The notes beneath the pieces are model-generated. The model searched no databases, was not told the origin of the DNA, and was given only the letters and a program-made list of their open reading frames with translations. Below are positions 8,716 to 18,285 of a DNA stretch of 34,402 nt, in pieces. Within the stretch, counting starts at the first letter, position 1; each line of letters opens with the position of its first letter. Origin of the DNA: Verrucomicrobiota bacterium (GTDB lineage Bacteria > Verrucomicrobiota > Verrucomicrobiia > Opitutales > Seribacteraceae); NCBI GenBank assembly GCA_027622665.1, contig JAQBYT010000041.1, positions 1 through 34,402 of the forward strand. Reading direction: 5' to 3'. Both the position numbers and the translations under genes were made by a program.

Positions 8716-9495
8716 TCAGGCTTGCTCGTAAGCTAGCCTGACCACTTCTTCCCCGTATTTTCGTTCCAGTCGGCGCACCGTGAAATGTCCGTGAGCCATA
8801 TCTTGAAAGTGGTCCATAAAGAGGGTGTTGATCAAGGCGCCTCCCGCAGCTCCTATGACGGGAACGGCTTGAGCCGCCATCTTCTGGGAAACCTGGATAC
8901 CAAAGCGAGTGGCAATTTGCTCGATTAACTTAATTACTACGGGAGCCGCTTCTTTACCGACACCTTGCGATGCTATATGCTTGGCCGCTTCCGAAACGGT
9001 CTTGGCCAAGGCCATTCTTGTAGCAAAGTAAGCCGATTCGGCGGCATCGTCTTCCTTGGCGGTTCCTCCGAGGGCAAAAACCCGGATGCATTCGAGCTTG
9101 GCATCGGATTCCTTGAGGTTCTCACCTTCACTTTGGGCAATGGCCCCGATCGACCGGAGCATGATGGTAGTGGATACCGGCAACTCGACCGTCAATCCGG
9201 CCAAGCCAAAAGCTCCGCCTGCCGCACCCGAAACCATCACCGCAACTTTGTGACCGAAATCGCTCGGAGTAAAACTGCCGGACTCACCCAAGCTATTAAC
9301 CGCAAATTTCAGGGACTGCTGCAGAGCGCCTTGCGTCGCCATCGAAATACGTTCGGACCAATTGTCGGGCAGGAGATCAAAGCCCTTCTCGATCGGTTTC
9401 CCGATCAGATTCGTCAGTTTGATAACCAGCCCCGGCGACTCGAGAATCTCCTTGGCTTCGCGAAGGGTGTTCGAGTCTTCGGTCGTGAGATTCAT
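8716..9495 (-). CDS. EcsC family protein (unknown function)
   Basis: GAAGGAFGLAGLTVELPVSTTIMLRSI, AQAVPVIGAAGGALINTLFMDHFQ, RRLERKYG. Confidence 0.8.
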   Translation of the reverse strand: MNLTTEDSNTLREAKEILESPGLVIKLTNLIGKPIEKGFDLLPDNWSERISMATQGALQQSLKFAVNSLGESGSFTPSDFGHKVAVMVSGAAGGAFGLAGLTVELPVSTTIMLRSIGAIAQSEGENLKESDAKLECIRVFALGGTAKEDDAAESAYFATRMALAKTVSEAAKHIASQGVGKEAAPVVIKLIEQIATRFGIQVSQKMAAQAVPVIGAAGGALINTLFMDHFQDMAHGHFTVRRLERKYGEEVVRLAYEQA

Positions 9496-9645
9496 GTCAT
9501 AACCGTGAGAGGATAATTCAGGAACTGCAAGGCAAACCTTGTCAACGCTCCTTCGAACGAACTCTATGAACCTCTTATTTGATCGAGACTCTATGGCAAA
9601 CCTACATATTATTCAAAAGGGCACTACAATTTTCCGACGAAAGAA

Positions 9646-10878
9646 TTATTTCCCGATGCAATAAAGCATTTCTTGCCTTAGGGAGCCATCGCGATGGGCG
9701 ACCCGAAGGAAAAGGCGATTCCCGGCAATGGCGGGAGAAGACAAGGTTTCGTCGCCCAATTTGTTGGTTGCCAGTAATTCAAAGGCTTTAGGATTCGCCC
9801 GATAGACGAAGAACTTGCCTTCCTCGTTGGCTGCATAAAGCAAGTCGTCCACCAAGGTAAGGGATGAGCTGTGGGTACCTCCTAAGCGAGCCTTCCATTG
9901 TTCCTCGCCGGTATCGCTTTTCCAGCAATAGGCAATCCCGGCATCGGCAACCGCATACAGATACCCTTGCCGCACAACCATGGATGGAACGTAAACTCGA
10001 ACCCTGTTTTCCCATACGATCTTGCCCGAACCATCCGCCAGCAGGGCCGAGACATGGTTCTTGGGATACCCTCCCGAGGAGTATACGTGCCGTCCGTCGG
10101 TGACCGTGGAAGTAACGCATTCCGTGGTAGCTCCCTTAGTTTCCCACAAAATCTTTCCGGTTAAAGGATCGAAAGCGGTCACAAGTTCGCAACCCGTAAG
10201 GATCAGTTGCTCTTTCCCGGCAGCGTTCACCACGATTGGCGAGGCGTAATTCGGCATCTTTGGACGTTTGCTCTTCCAGACGATCTCACCCGTTTTTTTA
10301 CGAAGCCCGGCTATGACTCCCGCCTTCTTGTTGTCCGCGGCAACAAGCAAGAGGTCTTTGTATGGCATGGGCGATGCCCCATAGGCTTGATGAACGACGT
10401 AATCCGTAATCCGAGCCTGCCAGAGGATTTCACCGTTGAGGGACAGGGCGGAGGTCCAGGCAGCCCCGCCATTGACGAAGCTGATGTATATTCGTTCACC
10501 ATCGCATGCGGGAGTAGAAGAGGCTTGCGAAGCCTTTTTGTTGCGTTTCATGAACTTGCCCTTGTGGACGGGAGTCTCCCAGAGGAGCTTGCCGGAAGAG
10601 CGACTGTAACAATAAACGCTCTGAACCTGTTTTTTCTCATCTGCGGAACAAAGGAGCACTTGGTCTCCGAATACGACAGGAGAACCGTGACCTCGCCCGG
10701 GAACGGGTGACTTCCATATAACTTCATCTGAGGAACTCCAACGAAGAGGCAAATCTTGACCGGATGCCGCCACGCCCGAATAGCTTGGACCACGCCACCA
10801 AGGCCAATCCTTATCGTGAGTAGAAGCTCCCGACGCTGTAACGCCAAGGAAAAGAAAAGCGAAGAAGAGGTTTCTCAT
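9646..10878 (-). CDS. Exported PQQ-binding-like (BamB-like) beta-propeller repeat protein
   Basis: Signal peptide, DWPWWRGP, repeated SP/TP...G..LW blades (GHGSPVV, SSTPAC, YASPIV, SSPAI). Confidence 0.85.
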   Translation of the reverse strand: MRNLFFAFLFLGVTASGASTHDKDWPWWRGPSYSGVAASGQDLPLRWSSSDEVIWKSPVPGRGHGSPVVFGDQVLLCSADEKKQVQSVYCYSRSSGKLLWETPVHKGKFMKRNKKASQASSTPACDGERIYISFVNGGAAWTSALSLNGEILWQARITDYVVHQAYGASPMPYKDLLLVAADNKKAGVIAGLRKKTGEIVWKSKRPKMPNYASPIVVNAAGKEQLILTGCELVTAFDPLTGKILWETKGATTECVTSTVTDGRHVYSSGGYPKNHVSALLADGSGKIVWENRVRVYVPSMVVRQGYLYAVADAGIAYCWKSDTGEEQWKARLGGTHSSSLTLVDDLLYAANEEGKFFVYRANPKAFELLATNKLGDETLSSPAIAGNRLFLRVAHRDGSLRQEMLYCIGK

Positions 10879-11064
10879 TCAACGAACACTAAGTCTCCAA
10901 CCGACAAAGTCTCCAAGAAAAGGAGCCGGACATCAAAAAAACGAAAGGAACAAGCCGGCTCGGGTCGAACCAGTTTATGTGCTTCCTGCGTTCGCGTTGT
11001 TCCGGGGAATGACATTCTACATTTTACCTTTTTGGCAACACTCCGTCCGAGTTCGAACGAAAAC

Positions 11065-12197
11065 TTATTCCCGCAGCCAAGCGATCAGGTCAGCTAGATC
11101 TTTCGGGCTGAGGACTTGCTCAAGACCTTCTGGCATTAGCGAAGCCTTTGTGGTTTCCATCTTTGCTATTTCTTTTCGAAGAATCACTTGATCGTTTCCA
11201 GCAAGGTCTCGCAAGGTAACGTTGCCCGGAGCTTCAGCCACGAGAAGACCTGCCAGTGTCTCGCCCTTTCCGGTGGTTAAAATATGGGTAGCATAACCAG
11301 CTGTAATTTCACGATTAGGAGCCAAGACATCCAAGATCATAGTTTCCTCGGCTCTGTTCTTTTCGCCCGTAAGGTCCGGGCCAACTGCCTTTCCGGCACC
11401 ACGTACAAGGTGGCAGGCGGCACATGTTTCCCTGAACAATTTCTCTCCTTTTTTCGGATCACGTTTTCCATGAAGAGCTTTTTTATAGCGCTCGTAGGTT
11501 TGGGTGAACTGTTTGTCGGTTGCAATCGGTTTCGCGCTAGCTAATTGTTGTGCCGCCTCCCGTCGATGATCGAGGTTTTGCGGCGATATTGCATCATTTT
11601 CATTTGCGCCTTTCGAGCTTTCTACGGCTGTCTTCATCCATTTCAATTCGGCATGCGCCTTGGCTAGGCGCTCAAGGGCTCGGCTAGCTTTTTCAGATCT
11701 GCTCTCTCCGAGTGTCAAAGCCAATTGGATGAGCACGAGTGGATTAGGTTCCTGCGTCATCGTTGCCACTTTCCCTAGCACCTTTTCGGATCGGTCAAGC
11801 CATGGTTCGGATAAACGTAGGGCGTGAACTCGAACACCGAAGTCGGTATGGTTCAAGGCGGCAAGGAGAGGAGGGGATGAAAGTTTGCCGAGACCGGCCA
11901 AGGTGTATAGCGCATTGACTACGGAGTTTCGGGAACCGGACGAATCCTTAGCCGTTTGTGTGAGAATGTTGATGGTGTCCGGTGAGAGTGTTGCTTTTTC
12001 GACGAGTAATCGACGAGTAATCGACGAGCTGTTTGTCGTCGCCAATAATAGGAACTACCGACTTCCTTGGCCAAGGATGCAGCTTCAAGTTTGTTCATGT
12101 CGAAATGCGGAGCCTTCGGCATATCCTCGTGGACTAGGCGCCAAATTCGACCGTGGTTCTTCCCATTCTCAAGCCGTCCCTGGCACCTGTTGTCTCG
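11065..12197 (-). pseudogene. 5'-truncated, frameshifted PVC-type heme-binding (HEAT repeat + cytochrome c) gene
   Basis: Downstream frame has HEAT-like VRVHALRLSE...QLALTLGE, CAACH, VGPDL, SLMPEGLE...DLIAWL. Upstream frame has GKNHGRIWRLVH...YWRRQTARRLLV. The frames are split by an 11-bp tandem duplication; in-frame stop at 12198-12200 and no N-terminal domain. Confidence 0.82.
11999..12028 (+). repeat. 11-bp tandem duplication causing the frameshift
   Basis: TCGACGAGTAA-TCGACGAGTAA-TCGACGAG read directly. Confidence 0.92.
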
Positions 12198-12221
12198 CTA
12201 TTCTGATTTTCCTAATTTTCA

Positions 12222-12302
12222 TTCTGTTGCCAGTTCTGTTGCCAGTTCGTTGCCCTAAAAGTGGAATTAATTGATACGAAATGATAATTTAGTAAGGCAA
12301 CA
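12222..12302. repeat. Short direct/inverted repeat cluster with TGTTGCC core
   Basis: TTCTGTTGCCAG twice (12222-12245), degenerate TTCGTTGCCC (12246-12255), inverted GGCAACA (12296-12302). Confidence 0.8.
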
Positions 12303-12303
12303 T

Positions 12304-12330
12304 AAAAAAAGGCCCTCGTGCTGAGAGCCT
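12304..12330 (-). terminator. Rho-independent terminator downstream of tRNA-Arg
   Basis: Minus strand GGCTCTC-AGCAC-GAGGGCC followed by TTTTTTT. Confidence 0.75.
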
Positions 12331-12361
12331 CTTCCTGTGCGGGTTTCCCGCTGTTTTACTA

Positions 12362-12438
12362 TGGTACACCCGGAGGGAGTCGAACCCCCAACCTCCTGGT
12401 CCGTAGCCAAGCGCTCTATCCAATTGAGCTACGGGTGC
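12362..12438 (-). tRNA. tRNA-Arg (anticodon ACG)
   Basis: GCACCCGTAGCTCAATTGGATAGAGCGCTTGGCT-ACG-GACCAGGAGGTTGGGGGTTCGACTCCCTCCGGGTGTACCA: 77 nt cloverleaf, GGTTCGA T-loop, encoded CCA. Confidence 0.97.
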
Positions 12439-12535
12439 ACACTTAAAGAAAGATCTATAAATAAGCCAGTTTGGCCCCCAGACACAAGTTAGAAAACCGA
12501 TGAGAAATAGAAAAAAGCTTTCCGATGCGAACTGA

Positions 12536-14014
12536 TTAGCTTTTCGGCAGGTGCCAAAGGGTGTAATAAGCTCCCGGATGGAGAAGTGGGTGGCTTTCCT
12601 CTTTGGAGCGAACACCAGAAGACTGGAGGTCATGAATGTGACCGATCTGCAGACCTTCGACTTCGAGCGTAACCGTTTTTCCGTCCTTAGCCAGAGCAGC
12701 GCTCTTGATGGTGGGAGTTGTGTGATCGACCTCCGGGCTACCGTACTTGGATTGGAAAATATAGGTGTATGTCTTCATCGTGTATGAAGCAACATCCGTG
12801 GCGGTCTTGGGATCGACCGGCTTGGTGAATTCCAACTCGAAACCATTGGGACGAATGCGCATCTCGAGGATTTCAAAGGGGGTCTTGCCCGTCCAGACTA
12901 CGCGATCGAGGGCATGACGACTGCCTCCTCGAGCACCCCATCCGCGATCGGTACCTCCGGAATAAAAGGAACCGTCGGGGCATTGCATGAGGGGCACGTT
13001 CCCGGAACCGAAGCCTTTTTTGAAAGGGAAACAGGCGCCTTGGTAGAATCCGTTGATTTTCTCCAGAAAGCAGCGATTGACTACGCTGTGGGTTTGGTCG
13101 GAAACGAAGAGTTGTTCCTTGAACGGACCAAACTTGCCTCCGGATTCGTCGCAGGCGATCCCGCTGGCGGAATTGCCCAGTTTGCCATGAGGTATGAGAA
13201 TGGCGGGTGGGCGGTATTTGGGAAGGCGTTTGAGCTCCTTGTGGAAACGGCTACCGCTGACGGGTTCGGCTGGTTTGTCTCCGAGGGCTTTCTTGGTGGC
13301 ATCGAGCTCGTACCAACCGAAACCGCCGGGATGCCCTTGAAAGCTTCCGGGCGTAAGGTGTTTGAGGGCGCTGGTGCCATTCCAGGGACCTTGGTTGTCG
13401 CTGTAAAAGACTTCGCCTAAGGCATTCAATCCTATGCCACCCGGGGAACGGATGCCACTGGCTGTGGGAATCATTTTGCCGTCCTTGGTGATCCGCACGC
13501 ACCATCCACGATAGGGAACTTTGCTGCTGAAGGAACCAGTGAGGCAAAGGACGACCCACATGTTGCCTTCCTTGTCGAACTTAGAACCAAAGGCGTATTC
13601 GTGATAATCGCCGGAGATTTCCCATGCGTCGCTCACTGTCTCAAAGAGATCTGCGCGGCCATCGCCGTCAAGATCCTTGATACGGGTAACTTCGGGACGT
13701 TGAGTGGCGTAAAGCCAACCGTCCGCATAGGAAAGACCGAGCACCTCGTGCAATCCCTCGGCCCAGAGGGTGAACTTGGCATTGTCTCCGGTGTCCTCGA
13801 AGGCGTTCTCAACCATGTAGACGTCACCGCGCCTAGTGGATACCGCAAGTTTTTTATCGGGCATGACCTCGAGACCTCCCGCCTCCAACACGATACCTTC
13901 GGGAATCGGAATCTTGATGATCTTATAGTAATCCTCCTCCGTCGGGACGGTGTTTTGCCCGAGAGCCCCGAGGGTTAAAGATATGGCGGCCAATGTTAGA
14001 GGTACTTTGATCAT
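12536..14014 (-). CDS. Exported PVC-type beta-propeller protein (sorbosone/glucose dehydrogenase-like, DUF7133-like)
   Basis: ATG at 14014 with signal peptide; [39 protein letters not shown]-terminal Ig-like [11 protein letters not shown]. Confidence 0.75.
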   Translation of the reverse strand: MIKVPLTLAAISLTLGALGQNTVPTEEDYYKIIKIPIPEGIVLEAGGLEVMPDKKLAVSTRRGDVYMVENAFEDTGDNAKFTLWAEGLHEVLGLSYADGWLYATQRPEVTRIKDLDGDGRADLFETVSDAWEISGDYHEYAFGSKFDKEGNMWVVLCLTGSFSSKVPYRGWCVRITKDGKMIPTASGIRSPGGIGLNALGEVFYSDNQGPWNGTSALKHLTPGSFQGHPGGFGWYELDATKKALGDKPAEPVSGSRFHKELKRLPKYRPPAILIPHGKLGNSASGIACDESGGKFGPFKEQLFVSDQTHSVVNRCFLEKINGFYQGACFPFKKGFGSGNVPLMQCPDGSFYSGGTDRGWGARGGSRHALDRVVWTGKTPFEILEMRIRPNGFELEFTKPVDPKTATDVASYTMKTYTYIFQSKYGSPEVDHTTPTIKSAALAKDGKTVTLEVEGLQIGHIHDLQSSGVRSKEESHPLLHPGAYYTLWHLPKS

Positions 14015-14046
14015 GCGTATGATTTTATTTAGAGAATAGATTGTGA

Positions 14047-16773
14047 TTACCATTCAAAAGTTTGCTTGATGACGAATTTCTTAGCGTCGGACGGAACGGG
14101 AACCAGTAGATCACCCTGTGCGGAACGGGTTACCACCTCACTGCCTGCAGGCAAGGAGAGATGGACGGTTAGGTCTCCCAACTTGTATACGTTCTCAGAG
14201 ATACGTTGAGGAGAACCACCCGCTCCTATTCGGAAATAAAGATCAGCGGTCATTTTTCCCGTGATTGTCACGATGCGATCCAAGGAGAAATCCTCATCAT
14301 CCCCGTGGTGCCTCTCCTTAAAAAAGTCTTCCACCTTTAACTCGCCAAAAGAATAACGAAAGGTGGGCCGACGTTGTTTATCCAAGAGATAACCACCGAA
14401 ACGAAAGCCTGCCGGTCTGGCATCTACCTTTGGCCAAGGCGTAAGGGGATCGTTCAGGATGGCGAAGGGAGGTCCATCGGGAAGAGTGAGACGATTAAAA
14501 CCATCGGGCGACTGAAACCCTTGACCGCGACCCAACCAATGTCGAGAAGCATCCATGAAAGGACCGTGCCAGAAGAGCGCAGGTCTCAGGTGATTGGCGT
14601 CCCAGGCAAGATTCACTTCTCCCGGATATCCCACGCCAATGGCTCTAGTACCTGCTCCATCGATGAAATTGCGATAGAGGCGAGCTTCTTCGTCGACGGT
14701 CAACTGCATCCCGCTGCGAGCCAATCCGCTGGGAACAGGAGCCTTTTCACCTAGCGAAAGGTAACGGTAAATCGCTTCAATTTGTTTGGCGGTATCGCCA
14801 TCGAGCACATCGGGCTTGGTCGACTTGCCTTGGGGCCAGAAAGAAGGCATACGAGTACCGGGACGAAGCGAGGTAGGATCCAGGAGATAACGGCTGAGCC
14901 AATCAAAGCGTAGACGCTTGTTCATGACGGTTAGATCCATGCCCTGTACGCCTAGAGAGGGAATCCCACCAAAGGTATGGCATGAAACGCAGGCCATGCC
15001 CTTGCTTCCGATAAGCTCCCTACCCTTCTTAAGCGCCTCGCGTTGGGGAAGTTCCGGAACTAGTGTCGAAGTCTCCTTGGGCTTGTCCACCTCAATAAAC
15101 CTCTCGGTCAAACGAGCCGCAAGTTCGGGACCGTAGCTCGGCATTCGGGTCATCATGTAGGGACGCACCTTGGTTCCTTTGGCAATCACCTCCTTTAGCC
15201 AACTCGATTTCAGCTTGGCCCCCACCCCATTTAAGTGCGGCGGGAGACGACCCTCCGGCCCCATGGCCTGTTGGCTCGTAAGAAAAGAGGTGTCGCGCTC
15301 ATCGGTGGGGCCACCAATTCCATTCCGCTTGTGGCATGCATAGCATTGGTAGGCAACCAAGGTCTGATCAAGAATCACAACAGGCTTAGGCTTAGCGGGT
15401 GACTTACCCAAGGCGGCAACGATGGCCTTGGCTTGATTCGGACTTAGCCTAAAGTGGGGAGCGATCCCGCTAGGAGTCATTGACAAGCAACCTCTTCCCC
15501 CGGCTTCCTTCATCTCAGCCAAAGCGGGAGGCGGACCCAAAATACCTTCGGGGCGAAAAAGTTTCCCGTTTGGCTCGACGGCGTGGCATGCCGCACAGTT
15601 CAATTCGGCAAACAACTGCTTTCCGAGCTTCACCTTGCCGAACTCGGCAATGAAGCGATTCGCCTTGGAAGGACGAATGCCGGGATGCTCTTCGGGACTC
15701 TGGGTGAGCCCATCACCTCCAAGAGCCTTTTCGGAAAAGCCCGGACCACTCCAACGGACATTATTGTGCTCTCCGCCCTCCTTGTCGAAAAAAAGAAGAG
15801 TGAAGGCATGCTTGCCGACAGCGAGCGATATGGTCCCCCTTTTCGTAACGCCACCGTGGACGCCATCGTTATTAACCACCAAGCGGTCGCCCAGGTAGAA
15901 ACGCGAACCATCGTCGGAATTGGTGGAAAACTGATATTCACCAGCCTTGTCGACGAGCAGGAAACCAGTGTGCCTCACGCCGAAGTGATCTTCCATTCCG
16001 GCGATGCTCGGCGAAAGATTGTCGACCACGCCTTTTTTAACAAGCTTGAGCTTGTCGAAATCAGGCAAGCGATCCCAATCCCCGACATAGGTTTCATAGT
16101 AAACGCCGGGCAAATCACTCCTTGGGTTGTCCGGAAGTCGCGGTGGACCGCCCTTGACTAGGGCGGACGCCACATCCTGCGCCTCCTGAGCATTCAACCC
16201 GAGGGAGGGCATCCGTGCATGACGATTAAGCCGTCGCGGGTTTTCCAAAAAATCAGCCAATCCTCGGGCATTTAAATACTTCGCCTGCAAATTCATGCCT
16301 TCCGCCTGACCGTGACAAGCGATACATCCCACTTGATTAAAGAGTTGTTGCCCCGTCTCCGGATTTCCCCGCAAGTTTTGCTCGGACACTCGAGTTGACT
16401 TGAGCATGGAGAGATATTGAGCGAGAGCTTCGGCTCGTGCCTTGGTCTCGGAGGTGGGAAGCCCTCCAAGAAGTACGGGATGACTAGATCCGGGGTCGAC
16501 CTTTTCAGGATCGATCAAAAAGGTGCGAATCCAGTTTGGAGTGAGACGACTTCCCGCCTCACTCAGGTTCGGAGCGCCGACAGTTGGGAGCGTGGCATTC
16601 ACCTTCCCCTCGTGACAGGCCATGCAATTCAGTTCGTGAATAAGGGTTGAACCATCCCCCGAATGATCGAACATAAGGGAAGCGGGTGCACCCATAGCTC
16701 CATGGGATAAAAGAGCGGAACAAGCCCAGACGAGAGACCGGACCAAATTCTTTCGAATCCGGAGACTACTCAC
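14047..16773 (-). CDS. Exported multiheme c-type cytochrome (5 CxxCH) with internal PA14 domain
   Basis: CMACH, CIACH, CAACH, CYACH and CVSCH, several followed by RMPS axial-Met segments; PA14 signature [30 protein letters not shown]. Confidence 0.88.
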   Translation of the reverse strand: MSSLRIRKNLVRSLVWACSALLSHGAMGAPASLMFDHSGDGSTLIHELNCMACHEGKVNATLPTVGAPNLSEAGSRLTPNWIRTFLIDPEKVDPGSSHPVLLGGLPTSETKARAEALAQYLSMLKSTRVSEQNLRGNPETGQQLFNQVGCIACHGQAEGMNLQAKYLNARGLADFLENPRRLNRHARMPSLGLNAQEAQDVASALVKGGPPRLPDNPRSDLPGVYYETYVGDWDRLPDFDKLKLVKKGVVDNLSPSIAGMEDHFGVRHTGFLLVDKAGEYQFSTNSDDGSRFYLGDRLVVNNDGVHGGVTKRGTISLAVGKHAFTLLFFDKEGGEHNNVRWSGPGFSEKALGGDGLTQSPEEHPGIRPSKANRFIAEFGKVKLGKQLFAELNCAACHAVEPNGKLFRPEGILGPPPALAEMKEAGGRGCLSMTPSGIAPHFRLSPNQAKAIVAALGKSPAKPKPVVILDQTLVAYQCYACHKRNGIGGPTDERDTSFLTSQQAMGPEGRLPPHLNGVGAKLKSSWLKEVIAKGTKVRPYMMTRMPSYGPELAARLTERFIEVDKPKETSTLVPELPQREALKKGRELIGSKGMACVSCHTFGGIPSLGVQGMDLTVMNKRLRFDWLSRYLLDPTSLRPGTRMPSFWPQGKSTKPDVLDGDTAKQIEAIYRYLSLGEKAPVPSGLARSGMQLTVDEEARLYRNFIDGAGTRAIGVGYPGEVNLAWDANHLRPALFWHGPFMDASRHWLGRGQGFQSPDGFNRLTLPDGPPFAILNDPLTPWPKVDARPAGFRFGGYLLDKQRRPTFRYSFGELKVEDFFKERHHGDDEDFSLDRIVTITGKMTADLYFRIGAGGSPQRISENVYKLGDLTVHLSLPAGSEVVTRSAQGDLLVPVPSDAKKFVIKQTFEW

Positions 16774-16831
16774 GAAACTTCAAACGCTTAAAAAGGTAGA
16801 GAAAAGTCCTTGTGGATACGGATCAAAAGGC

Positions 16832-17470
16832 TCAGAGCCTCTTGATTCGTATCTTGCGAAAGGAGACGGGGTCGTTATGACCCGCAAAGCCAAAATGGCC
16901 TTCCTTTCGATTCATACCGGGATGTGGTTTCCCCCCCATGAAGTCTTTCACCTTGCTCAAGTCGGCATCGAGAATTTCCGTACCGTTAAGGATCACCTTG
17001 ATAGTCGAACCCTTGACCGAGACCTCCTGCTCGTTCCACTCTCCGGTGGGTCGTTGAAAACCTCGCTTGGCGCCAACCATGCCGTAAGCGGAACCATGAA
17101 CTTGCCGCGGATCCAACTTGGCTTTCCTCACCTTCTCGTAATTGTCGTCAAGCACTTGGAGTTCGCACATGCCGCCATAAGCGGTGTTTCCTTTGCCGGG
17201 ATAACGAAGGGCAAGACCATTGTTGCCTCCGGGAGGAATCTTGAATTCAAAACGCACCACAAAGTCGGCATAGACCTCCTTCGTGAATATGGTACCACCC
17301 TTCCCTTTTTTGCATTGGATGGCTCCATCAACAATTTGGTAATTGTCCAAAGGACCTGACCAACCCGCGAAGTCCTTTCCGTTGAAGATGCTCTTGAAGC
17401 CTTTCTCCTCCGATTCCGACATTACCGGAAGAACGCTTGCTAAAAGAATCGACAGTACAATTTTGGTCAT
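16832..17470 (-). CDS. DUF1080 (3-keto-glycoside hydrolase/hydratase family) exported protein
   Basis: Signal peptide, FNGKDFAGW, GNNGL, ELQVLDD, GEWN, GHFGFAGH, FRKIRIKRL. Confidence 0.9.
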   Translation of the reverse strand: MTKIVLSILLASVLPVMSESEEKGFKSIFNGKDFAGWSGPLDNYQIVDGAIQCKKGKGGTIFTKEVYADFVVRFEFKIPPGGNNGLALRYPGKGNTAYGGMCELQVLDDNYEKVRKAKLDPRQVHGSAYGMVGAKRGFQRPTGEWNEQEVSVKGSTIKVILNGTEILDADLSKVKDFMGGKPHPGMNRKEGHFGFAGHNDPVSFRKIRIKRL

Positions 17471-17481
17471 TCGATGAATCC

Positions 17482-18186
17482 TTAGTCTGAAGTCGGAGCG
17501 GATAACTCCTTTAAATATACATTCCTCCAGCGAATTTCCCCGCCGTGGGTTTGAAGCTCAATAGGACCACGCTTAGGCAGGGGGATCGCTCGGTTAAAGT
17601 AGTTTTCGAGCCGGGCATTATTCACCACAAGCTTGTCGTTCAGATGAATCGTCACCTTTTCTCCTTTCATGACGATGCGGAAACTGTTCCATTCACCAAA
17701 AGGTTTATCAGCAAGAACGAGTGGATTCTTCCCCTCGGGCTTTTTATTGTTCCAAAGACCGCCGGAACCCTTGTCGGCTCCAATATTCCACTTCCCGCCT
17801 TCCTTGGTGGAATCCCAAATTTGCACCTGAGGAACCCCCCGCAAGTAGATGCCACTGTCCGCTTTGGCCACGGTCTTGTAGTCCAAGTGAAATTCAAAAT
17901 CTCCGTAATTTTTTTCGGTCGAGAGATACAGTCCCTTTCCATCGTTCACGAGCACCCCGTCCTCAACCGTCCAGTGCTTGTGAATGTCCACAATGCTGGC
18001 CTTTTTCTTTGCAGCGAACTTTTCAGGCGAAAGCGCCATCCACTTGGCGGGATCCTCCGTATTCAATCCCCACCAACCATCCAAGTTCTTCCCGTTGAAA
18101 AGGGCAACGAAACCAGCGGGAGGTTTTGGCTTGGCGGCATGAGCTACAACTACTGCGAAAAGAGAAAGGAAGACTAAGAGTTTCAT
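17482..18186 (-). CDS. DUF1080 (3-keto-glycoside hydrolase/hydratase family) exported protein
   Basis: ATG at 18186 (MKLLVFLSLF signal); LFNGKNLDGW, DSGIYLRG, GSGGLWNN, GEWNSFRI, GPIELQTHG, WRNVYLKEL. Confidence 0.9.
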   Translation of the reverse strand: MKLLVFLSLFAVVVAHAAKPKPPAGFVALFNGKNLDGWWGLNTEDPAKWMALSPEKFAAKKKASIVDIHKHWTVEDGVLVNDGKGLYLSTEKNYGDFEFHLDYKTVAKADSGIYLRGVPQVQIWDSTKEGGKWNIGADKGSGGLWNNKKPEGKNPLVLADKPFGEWNSFRIVMKGEKVTIHLNDKLVVNNARLENYFNRAIPLPKRGPIELQTHGGEIRWRNVYLKELSAPTSD

Positions 18187-18285
18187 AAATGAGGACGATT
18201 GTCGGATTGCGGGATTTTTTGAAAAAGCAAGCGAACTCCTGCCGAGCGTTCGCCGCAAGCTGAAAACACCTCGCCGGAGATATTT

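Noticed and set aside
10960..10975. GGTTCGAC T-loop-like motif on the minus strand as a possible duplicated tRNA end or tRNA fragment
   Set aside because: Only about 8 nt match tRNA-Arg; no acceptor stem or cloverleaf
12222..12255. Tandem repeats as a mini-CRISPR array
   Set aside because: 12-bp units with no spacers and no cas genes in the window
12289..12633. 114-aa ORF
   Set aside because: Runs through the tRNA-Arg gene and its terminator; spurious
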